Source: a virus
DNA length: 64,000 nucleotides
Strand: one strand, 5' to 3'
Virus record (IMG/VR): IMGVR_UViG_3300032246_001368
Span: 1 to 64,000 of that record
Positions within the stretch are counted from its first letter, which is position 1. Each line of letters starts with the position of its first letter. Of the stretch, positions 28,359 to 35,788 are shown piece after piece. Under the pieces are notes generated by a model that had not been told where the DNA came from, did no database searches, and was given only the letters and a program-made list of their open reading frames with translations. A program made the position numbers and the translations under genes.

Positions 28359-28637
28359 ATGAGTATTCGTTCAATAATTTCAAAATTCGTAGCACAAATA
28401 TGTGAGAAGGATTACAAGGCAGCTAATTCAACATTAGACACCATTGTATCCGAAAAAGTAAAAACACGTATCAAAGAGACTGTTGAGTCTCAGAAATCAA
28501 AGAAACAAAAAGCAATCGGCAAGACCATTTCAAAGGAAGTAAAGAAGGGTCATCCTCAAAAACAAGCCATTGCAATAGCATTTTCTAAAGCCGGTAATAA
28601 AAAAACCGTGAAAAAGGGCTCCAAGGCGAGTAAGTAA
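28359..28637 (+). CDS. small basic prohead-core-like protein
   Basis: Between protease and scaffold; helical N-half, then Lys-rich KKGHPQKQAIAIAFSKAG. Confidence 0.6.
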   Translation: MSIRSIISKFVAQICEKDYKAANSTLDTIVSEKVKTRIKETVESQKSKKQKAIGKTISKEVKKGHPQKQAIAIAFSKAGNKKTVKKGSKASK

Positions 28638-28653
28638 TTGCAACAATAAAAAT

Positions 28654-29541
28654 ATGGATCTCTCATCTATCCTCAAAAACATCGACAGTAATATTTTAAA
28701 TGAAGAAACAGCAACAGCAATTGCTGAAGCATTTAAAAGCGCAGTTGAAGAAAAGGTTTCTTCAAGAGTAACACTCGAACTTGAAAGTGCTCTTAGCAAA
28801 CAAGACGAAGATCACGCTTTAAAATTAGAAAATCTTTTAGAAGCTATTGATACAGATCACTCTGCTAAGTTAGAAACTGTTGTAAAGGCTATCAATGAGA
28901 GTCACACAGGTAAGTTAGCCAAGCTTGTTGAATACTATCGCGGTGCTCTTAATGAGAAAGCCGAATCATTCAGCAATAAGGTCGTTGAAGAGCTTAGTAA
29001 CTTTATTGATCTCTATATCGAAAAGGCTATTCCTCAAACACAATTAGAGGAAGCAGTTTCCAACACAACAGCGAAACAGCAGCTTGAGCAAATTAAGCAA
29101 ATCCTTTCTTTTGATCCTTCTTCTTTAAATGAAGATGTAAAATCCCTTATCTCACAAGGTAAATCAAAGATTGATGAGCTTCAAACACAGCTCAGTGAGT
29201 CCTATAAAGAGAATTTAACTCTTAGTGAACAACTCACCCATGCAAAGTCATCACTTCTTATTGAAGAGAAGACAAAGGGAATGCGTTCAGCTAAAAAGAA
29301 TTTCATTACTAAAATATTGAGCGACAAGAATCCAGAGTATATCTCTGAGAATTTTAACTATGTCGTTGAGATGTTCGAAAGAGAAGACAAAGAAACAGCA
29401 GCATCACTTGTTGAAGAGGCAAAAGAATCTTCAATATCAAAAGGAGCCAAGGTTCCTGTTGCGACAGTTGTTTCAGAGTCAGCTAAGACAGAAGTCAATA
29501 GCCCAGTCTCCGGATATCTTACAGCTTTAAAAGAGGCCTAA
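28654..29541 (+). CDS. gp22: prohead scaffolding protein (T4 gp22-like)
   Basis: Glu-rich coiled coil; AF.SAVEEKV; immediately upstream of major capsid gene; ends GYLTALKEA. Confidence 0.85.
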   Translation: MDLSSILKNIDSNILNEETATAIAEAFKSAVEEKVSSRVTLELESALSKQDEDHALKLENLLEAIDTDHSAKLETVVKAINESHTGKLAKLVEYYRGALNEKAESFSNKVVEELSNFIDLYIEKAIPQTQLEEAVSNTTAKQQLEQIKQILSFDPSSLNEDVKSLISQGKSKIDELQTQLSESYKENLTLSEQLTHAKSSLLIEEKTKGMRSAKKNFITKILSDKNPEYISENFNYVVEMFEREDKETAASLVEEAKESSISKGAKVPVATVVSESAKTEVNSPVSGYLTALKEA

Positions 29542-29615
29542 GCCACTTTTTACCGATTGGAGAAGAGCATCCAGCACTTCCCGAACTCTATTCAAAATAG
29601 GAGAACTATATTAAT

Positions 29616-31061
29616 ATGAACAATGTCAAACCAGCCCCTGGTTTCATCGATCGCTCTCGCGCAACACAACTCTTAGAGAAGTGGGCCCCCGTCCTTGATT
29701 ATACAAGCGACAAGGTATCACCTATCGAAGACGAGCACGCACGTCTTTCAACAGCAATGTTGATGGAAAACCAAGAGCGTTGGTGCTTAGAGGAAAGTGG
29801 TAATTCTTACACAGGTGGAGCCCTCGGCTCTGCTTCAGGTGGAAGTATCTACAATCCTCCAGGCTCCGTGACTTCGAGTGATTCATACGCAGCTAATGAT
29901 GCTCGCTTACCAAAGGTATTAATCCCAATGGTACGCCGTACATTCCCTGAGTTAATCACAAACGAGATCGTCGGTGTACAACCAATGAGTGGCCCAGTCG
30001 GACTTGCGTTCGCATTACGTTATCGCTATGAGGCAGACAGTCTTGGAGCCAATGGAGTCGATGGATATAGCACAGGCGCTACCCAACAGAGTAACACGTA
30101 CGTAAGTCGTGCTGCCGCTGATGGTCAAGAGCTTGGCTACCAATACCTCGACACTCGCTTTACAGGTACTTCAGCCGCATCCCTCTCCGGAAACAGTAGC
30201 TTCAGTGTTATTGGTGCCGATCAGGGTGTCGCTGCATTACTCAGTCAATTCGAGTTAACTGGCAACATTCCACAGGTCACTGTAGAGTTCAGCAAGACAG
30301 CAGTTGAAGCCGGCACACGCCGTCTCGCAGCTCGCTGGTCGGTTGAGCTTGAGCAGGATCTTAAGAACATGAACGGTCTTGATATCGACTCTGAATTAAC
30401 AAACGCTATGTCGTATGAAATTCAGGCCGAAATCGATCGTGAAATGGTCATCAGAATGATCCAAACTTCACTCAATGCAGGACCCGTAAATGGTTATAGC
30501 TTCTGGTACGCCGCATCAGCTGACGCCCGTTGGCTTGGTGAGCGTAATCGTGACTTCTACTCCAAGGTGATCGTCGAGGCTAACCGCATCGCGATCCGTA
30601 ACCGCAGAGGCAGCGCTAATTTCATTATCGCTACACCTCGCGTTTGCGCAATCCTTGAGATGTTACCCGAGTTCCAATGGATGCCTGTTAACGGCAACAT
30701 CAACACCCAACCCACTGGCATTGCCAAGGTTGGTACACTTGGTGGTCGTTTCACAGTCTACCGTGACACTCGTACAGATGCTCAATACCTCGCAGGACAA
30801 CGCAATAGTGCGCTGGAATACGCCCTCTTAGGTTACAAGGGTACCGAGTATTACGATACCGGTATCGTTTATTGCCCATACATCCCTGTCATGATTCAGA
30901 GAACAGTCGGACCTAACGACTTCAGCCCACGTGTTGGACTGATGACCCGTTACGGAGTCGTAGATTATATCTTCGGCGCTTCCCTCTACTATCACGTAAT
31001 CATCGTCAGTGGTCTTGGCGTAGACAACGTAGCCCAGACAAGCGGACGTCTCTATCTCTGA
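29616..31061 (+). CDS. gp23: major capsid protein (T4 gp23-like)
   Basis: LLEKWAPVL; LMENQE; LIPMVRRTFP.LI..EIVGVQPMSGP.GL.FALR; RRL.ARWS.EL.QDLK; EIQAEIDRE; GYKG...YDTG.VYCPYIP; F.PRVGLMTRYG. Confidence 0.98.
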   Translation: MNNVKPAPGFIDRSRATQLLEKWAPVLDYTSDKVSPIEDEHARLSTAMLMENQERWCLEESGNSYTGGALGSASGGSIYNPPGSVTSSDSYAANDARLPKVLIPMVRRTFPELITNEIVGVQPMSGPVGLAFALRYRYEADSLGANGVDGYSTGATQQSNTYVSRAAADGQELGYQYLDTRFTGTSAASLSGNSSFSVIGADQGVAALLSQFELTGNIPQVTVEFSKTAVEAGTRRLAARWSVELEQDLKNMNGLDIDSELTNAMSYEIQAEIDREMVIRMIQTSLNAGPVNGYSFWYAASADARWLGERNRDFYSKVIVEANRIAIRNRRGSANFIIATPRVCAILEMLPEFQWMPVNGNINTQPTGIAKVGTLGGRFTVYRDTRTDAQYLAGQRNSALEYALLGYKGTEYYDTGIVYCPYIPVMIQRTVGPNDFSPRVGLMTRYGVVDYIFGASLYYHVIIVSGLGVDNVAQTSGRLYL

Positions 31062-31085
31062 TAAAGACTAAGCTTAGGAAAGTTT

Positions 31086-31130
31086 TGCCTACCTGGATTG
31101 CTCTGGGTAGGCATTTTTCTTGTCTTTTTT
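31086..31130 (+). terminator. intrinsic terminator after the major capsid gene
   Basis: 12-bp stem TGCCTACCTGGA / TCTGGGTAGGCA (two G-U pairs), loop TTGC, followed by TTTTTCTTGTCTTTTTT. Confidence 0.88.
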
Positions 31131-31167
31131 TATTGTATTATCCGTAAATCTGGGATAATATATCTAT

Positions 31168-31713
31168 ATGAAATACGCTTTAACTGGATCTCATGGTGTA
31201 GGTAAGACTACTATAATCAATGAATTATGTGATTATCTTGAATCTAGTGATATTAGTCCAATTATTAATAGCAGTAATGCTAGAAAGATCAAGCAATCAG
31301 GAAGAACTATCAATGATTCCGGAGACGATATTGTCCAGATGATTGTTGAATGTAGTCATGTTAGTAAATTCTGCGAGGATAATTGGTTTGCTGATCGTAG
31401 TGTTTTGGATGGATATGCTTATACGAAATATCTTCATACATCTGGTAAGGTTTCAGATGAGGTTATGAATGTTGTTCATAAATTAATGTCTACCTTTGTT
31501 AAGCTTTATGATGTAATATTCTATATACCAGTAGAATTTGATATGATTAAAGATGGAGTGAGAAAAGAAGACGGGCAATTCCAGAAGGATATCGATAAGA
31601 TTATCTTTAATACGATGTACGACAATAATGTAAATTTTCATACTATTACTGGTTCAATAGAAGAAAGAGTAGAGAAGATTAAAAGTATTATTCACCCTCA
31701 CTTTGATTTTTAA
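31168..31713 (+). CDS. second P-loop nucleotide kinase-like protein (AAA_28/NadR-type)
   Basis: TGSHGVGKTT; ADRSVLDGYAY; YDVIFYIP; KDGVR; ITGSIEERV. Confidence 0.8.
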   Translation: MKYALTGSHGVGKTTIINELCDYLESSDISPIINSSNARKIKQSGRTINDSGDDIVQMIVECSHVSKFCEDNWFADRSVLDGYAYTKYLHTSGKVSDEVMNVVHKLMSTFVKLYDVIFYIPVEFDMIKDGVRKEDGQFQKDIDKIIFNTMYDNNVNFHTITGSIEERVEKIKSIIHPHFDF

Positions 31714-31724
31714 GTAACTCTAAT

Positions 31725-32180
31725 ATGATGACATTTTTACCATATCCCGATTTTGCTAAGTCTGTTAAGTGCCTAGATATGAGACGTCTGGGTAAACAAA
31801 GAGCAGAAGTATATGGATTACTTCGTTCATTTGAAATGGATCCTGAACAAGATAAAAAGCTTGGTTTTAGAGATCCTAATAAGTGGATGTGGTGGGGACA
31901 CTTTAATCAATTGATTGAATATGGTATTGTTGCATGCGATGAATGGATTTCAAGAGGATATAAAGATACCTGCAGAGAGAAGATAGCTGCTTATAAGGAC
32001 GTATTTTCAAAGAATAATGAACTTCCTTTCTGGTTTGGTAATGCAAAAGTGCATTACTCACATCAGTGTGTTTTACTTAAAAAGGCTCCAGAGCATTACA
32101 GTAAGCATTTTCCTTTTGCTGATCCTAATCTAGGATATGTATGGCCAGATTGTCGTCATAACTTCTATTGGCATAAGTAA
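31725..32180 (+). CDS. pyrimidine-dimer DNA glycosylase-like protein (DenV/MSMEG_6728 type)
   Basis: MTFLPYPDF..S...LD.RRLGKQR.E; MW.G; EW..RGYKDT; P.WFG...VH.SHQ..LL.K.PEHY; YVWP. Confidence 0.85.
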   Translation: MMTFLPYPDFAKSVKCLDMRRLGKQRAEVYGLLRSFEMDPEQDKKLGFRDPNKWMWWGHFNQLIEYGIVACDEWISRGYKDTCREKIAAYKDVFSKNNELPFWFGNAKVHYSHQCVLLKKAPEHYSKHFPFADPNLGYVWPDCRHNFYWHK

Positions 32181-32190
32181 ATAATATATA

Positions 32191-32637
32191 ATGAACTTTA
32201 AAGACTTCTATACCGTGAATGAAAATGTAAACAAATTTGATATTGGGTGGCAAGTAGTACGTACTGACGCAAGAGACATTAAAGATGTGCCTAAGAAAAT
32301 TTCTTTTGTTCTACATTTTTTAAACTCTCATCCTACTAAGGAAAATTATGGCAGAGTACATAATTGGCTTAGAATGGCTAAACTCGGCTATAAATCAGAA
32401 CCTGAAAAAGCACAAGATTTTGAACATGCTTTAGATCAAATAGAAAATCACAAAGAGAAATACTCTTCAGAAGAAACCTCTGAAGGAGATTTATCATCTA
32501 TTAGTAATGATAAATTACAAAAGGTTTATAAAGACCTTAAGAAAAGAAAATACGGATTCCAAATCAAAACAGTACCTAAAGCACATACTGAATTCTTACA
32601 CAAATTAGAAAAAGAATTGAGTAAGAGAAAAATTTAA
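32191..32637 (+). CDS. hypothetical protein, candidate head-internal protein
   Basis: ORF track; TAAATA 7 nt upstream; N-terminus MNFKDFYTVNE. Confidence 0.65.
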   Translation: MNFKDFYTVNENVNKFDIGWQVVRTDARDIKDVPKKISFVLHFLNSHPTKENYGRVHNWLRMAKLGYKSEPEKAQDFEHALDQIENHKEKYSSEETSEGDLSSISNDKLQKVYKDLKKRKYGFQIKTVPKAHTEFLHKLEKELSKRKI

Positions 32638-32639
32638 TA

Positions 32640-33116
32640 TTATTCCTGTTCAATATCAGGAAGTAATTCTACTCTTTCTCTCTTTGGTTTGTCATAAATC
32701 TTTGACATAATCTCATCTCTTGTTGCGATTAACACATTAGTAGTTGGTGGCTTAATACTCTTGACAGCCGACACTTCCATCTCTTTGAGCTGAATACTAT
32801 TCTTAATATTTTTATTCTGCATATTAAGTTTATTGAGACTATCAATTGCTTTTGTGGTCGCATTAATTAAAGAAGCAAGTGCACCTATCTCCATAGGATT
32901 CTGACCAGTTATAATAATATCTTTTAAAGAATTAACTGCATCTAAACTTGCTTCAATATTCTCCGTTGTTTTTCGAATAACATATTCATTGATATTCTCA
33001 TCATTGACATCTGGTATGATTATTGCCTCATTATCTGTCGCAGTTAGTTTACTTGAAGATACAGAATCTGCCTTGAGCTGTTCTACTATAGCATCTATTT
33101 CGTTATTTGATTCCAT
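32640..33116 (-). CDS. probable terminase small subunit (T4 gp16-like)
   Basis: Helical hairpin NPMEIGALASLINATTKAIDSLNKL and C-terminal TTNVLIATRDEIM resemble gp16 homologues (P...E....LI...; TNNALFVGST.EL); 158 aa. Confidence 0.55.
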   Translation of the reverse strand: MESNNEIDAIVEQLKADSVSSSKLTATDNEAIIIPDVNDENINEYVIRKTTENIEASLDAVNSLKDIIITGQNPMEIGALASLINATTKAIDSLNKLNMQNKNIKNSIQLKEMEVSAVKSIKPPTTNVLIATRDEIMSKIYDKPKRERVELLPDIEQE

Positions 33117-33151
33117 GTTGAATTTTTATATAAATCATTTATTATATATGT

Positions 33152-33328
33152 ATGACTACTAGAATACTTATAGAAAATGTCGGAGAATTCCACCTTCAGC
33201 CAGAACTCGTACCTTCCTTGATAGGTTGGCTTAACTCTAATCAAGCAGTTAAGGGCCAGAAACCAGATGATAATATCAAAGAAATTATCAATATACAATT
33301 TCCTGGAAAAGAGTTAATTAACGGTTAA
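33152..33328 (+). CDS. small hypothetical protein (58 aa, MTTRILIENVGEFHLQPEL...KELING)
   Basis: Below the ORF-track cutoff; ATG 33152 to TAA 33328 fills the gap and ends 9 nt before dUTPase on the same strand. Confidence 0.6.
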   Translation: MTTRILIENVGEFHLQPELVPSLIGWLNSNQAVKGQKPDDNIKEIINIQFPGKELING

Positions 33329-33337
33329 TATAAAAAT

Positions 33338-33775
33338 ATGATAGAGCCAATTAAAATCCATTTTGTTAAGACACATCCAGATGCAATTCTTCCTTCTAAG
33401 AAGAATATCAGTGATACTGGATACGATCTCACAGCAGTTGAGAATGTAAAGATTCCAGCTAAAGACAGTGCAATAATTCCTACTGGGTTGCAAGTAGCTA
33501 AGACAGAAAAGGGTCTTTGGTATTTAATTCTCCCACGTTCTGGAATGGGTTTCAAGCATGGAATACAACCACATTTAGGAGTTATAGATAATTCCTACAG
33601 AGGTGATTTAGCAGTCAAGCTTTACAACTTTTCAGACGTTGAATATAATGTCCTTAAAGGTGATAGAATAGCTCAAATAGCATACTTTCCTCTTCTGTGT
33701 GTTGAACCTACTTGGACAGAAGAAATAGAAGAAACAAATAGAGGTTCTAATGGATTTGGTAGCTCTGGAAACTAA
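33338..33775 (+). CDS. dut: trimeric dUTPase
   Basis: Five motifs: TGYDL, PRSG, GVIDNSYRG, GDRIAQ, RGSNGFGSSG. Confidence 0.97.
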   Translation: MIEPIKIHFVKTHPDAILPSKKNISDTGYDLTAVENVKIPAKDSAIIPTGLQVAKTEKGLWYLILPRSGMGFKHGIQPHLGVIDNSYRGDLAVKLYNFSDVEYNVLKGDRIAQIAYFPLLCVEPTWTEEIEETNRGSNGFGSSGN

Positions 33776-34710
33776 TGGACAATCATTACGAGAGATTATG
33801 GTGTGAAAAGTACCGCCCAAAGACTCTGAAAGATATTCTTCTTTCAGAAGATAATCGAGCACACTTTTCTACATTAAATGAAGATACACCCAATATTCTT
33901 TTCTATGGATCTCCAGGCACAGGTAAAAGTACCTTGGCTAAGATCATAGTTAATGATATTCTCAAGTGCCAGTATCTGTATATCAATGCTTCTGATGAAA
34001 GCGGCATTGATACTATCAGAAATAAAGTCATTAGCTTTGCTCAAACTAGATCAATTGATAGTAAGAAGAAAGTAGTCATCTTGGAAGAGGCTGATGGTCT
34101 TACTGGTGATGCATTGCGCATCCTTCGTAATGTAATGGAGGAATACGTTGACACCACTCGGTTTATTCTTACAGCCAATTACCTGAATAAGATAATTGAA
34201 CCTATCAGATCTCGTTGTATGCTTTTTAGATTACAGCCGGATATACTTGGATGTATTAGTAGAATTGTAGAAATTCTCAAAGCAGAAAACATTAAGATTG
34301 ATGCTTCTACAAAAGATAAACTCAGTGAATGGATTGCAGACAGGTATCCGGATCTTAGACGCATCATTAATGACCTTCAGAGATATTCAGTTACAGGTAC
34401 ATTAATATTTCCAGAAGAAAATTTAGTAACTGATCTAGTAGGCTATATAATCAAGGGATTAACTGTAGCAAAAATATCTGCTTTAGATATTAGAAAAAAG
34501 GTTATTGAATCTGAAAAGACATTCAATAATGATTATCAACAACTCCTTAAAGAGATGTTTGATTTTGTTTACGACTCTGATCTTCCAGAGAAGGTGAAGA
34601 AAGTTCTTCTAGTAGATATAGGAGAGCACATGTACCGAGACGTCTTTGTGCTTGACCACGAGATTAATTTTTTCTGTGCTCTCCTATCTATTGAATCTTC
34701 TTTAAATTAA
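33775..34710 (+). CDS. gp44: sliding clamp loader large subunit (T4 gp44 / RFC-like)
   Basis: LWCEKYRP; GSPGTGKST; INASDE.GIDTIR; ILEEADGL; LRNVMEE; FILTANY; IRSRC; PDLRRIIN.LQ. Confidence 0.93.
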   Translation: MDNHYERLWCEKYRPKTLKDILLSEDNRAHFSTLNEDTPNILFYGSPGTGKSTLAKIIVNDILKCQYLYINASDESGIDTIRNKVISFAQTRSIDSKKKVVILEEADGLTGDALRILRNVMEEYVDTTRFILTANYLNKIIEPIRSRCMLFRLQPDILGCISRIVEILKAENIKIDASTKDKLSEWIADRYPDLRRIINDLQRYSVTGTLIFPEENLVTDLVGYIIKGLTVAKISALDIRKKVIESEKTFNNDYQQLLKEMFDFVYDSDLPEKVKKVLLVDIGEHMYRDVFVLDHEINFFCALLSIESSLN

Positions 34711-35246
34711 GACTTAGAGATCTTTACGTTCTTAGTTGGTAAAGAATCGTCCTTTGGTCTATTATTTAAAATATCAAACTCATTCTTCAGTTCAGTTGGT
34801 TTAGTGCCAACGGGGCGTTCGTATTTGTTAGGAACACCCTGAACTGGAGGAAGGTTATTACCGAAGTTTAACACTTCGACATATTCATAATTTCCAGGAA
34901 CATTGAATTCATTGAATTCTGTAGGCCATTGAACTGTTCTTGGATCTGTCTTGAGAGTAAGCATGATGCTTGAACCACCGGCTAAGTCAACAGCGTCTTT
35001 AGAACTGCCATTTACAGAATTACTTGCGACATCATGAATAAAGAAGAACGTATCAGGATTTGCATCTAAGATACTTTTAATCCAAGCATCAAAGACACCA
35101 TCTTTTTGATATCTCTCTTTATAGAAAGATGACTTAAAAAAAGCTGGCAAAAGCTTTACGGGAGAATTAGTGCGAAACCCACCATTTGAAAAATGGGTAA
35201 ATGCCTTCTCGCACAAGGTTTCAAATTTGTTGTATTTTTGACTCAT
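34707..35246 (-). CDS. hypothetical protein, 179 aa
   Basis: ORF track; convergent with gp44, divergent from gp25. Confidence 0.7.
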   Translation of the reverse strand: MSQKYNKFETLCEKAFTHFSNGGFRTNSPVKLLPAFFKSSFYKERYQKDGVFDAWIKSILDANPDTFFFIHDVASNSVNGSSKDAVDLAGGSSIMLTLKTDPRTVQWPTEFNEFNVPGNYEYVEVLNFGNNLPPVQGVPNKYERPVGTKPTELKNEFDILNNRPKDDSLPTKNVKISKS

Positions 35247-35264
35247 ATATATAGTAGTTGGACC

Positions 35265-35274
35265 TAAATATTTA
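35265..35274. promoter_or_regulatory. palindromic TAAATATTTA, candidate bidirectional late promoter
   Basis: Perfect 10-bp palindrome giving TAAATA on both strands between divergent starts at 35246 (-) and 35282 (+). Confidence 0.5.
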
Positions 35275-35281
35275 CCTCCAC

Positions 35282-35788
35282 ATGGCTACAATTTACCTGG
35301 ATAATTTAATAAACCCGCGCCAAACCAATTCTTCTGCCACTACCGTGTCCAAAGAAACCCCCTCTACTGGACCAATTTATACAGATTTACACCTTGATTT
35401 AGTAATAGCAAAAAACGCTGGGGTGGGATTGAATGCTCATGATTCTGATGATATTGAGATAGATGAAGATACTGCAGCCATTAAAAATTCTTTATATAAC
35501 ATATTTTCCACTATACCAGGACAGAAGTTATTAACACCTTCCTTTGGAGCCTCTTTAGATCAATATGTATTTGAGTCTGTAGATACAATGAGAGGCAAAA
35601 TCATCGGTGAAGACATCTTAAGAGCAATAACAACCTTTGAACCTAGGATCCAAGTCCTAAATATAGAAGTATATCCTAAACCAGACGAATTAATGTACTA
35701 CATTATTTTAGTATATCAATTAGTAGGTCTTAATAAGGTATACAGAAATCAAATACAAGTAGAATCTAATAATATCAAAGTAATATGA
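35282..35788 (+). CDS. gp25: baseplate wedge subunit (T4 gp25-like)
   Basis: YTDLHLD; AIKNSLYNIFSTIPGQKLL.PSFG.SL..YVFE; AITTFEPRI; ATG at 35282 preferred over TTG 35258. Confidence 0.9.
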   Translation: MATIYLDNLINPRQTNSSATTVSKETPSTGPIYTDLHLDLVIAKNAGVGLNAHDSDDIEIDEDTAAIKNSLYNIFSTIPGQKLLTPSFGASLDQYVFESVDTMRGKIIGEDILRAITTFEPRIQVLNIEVYPKPDELMYYIILVYQLVGLNKVYRNQIQVESNNIKVI

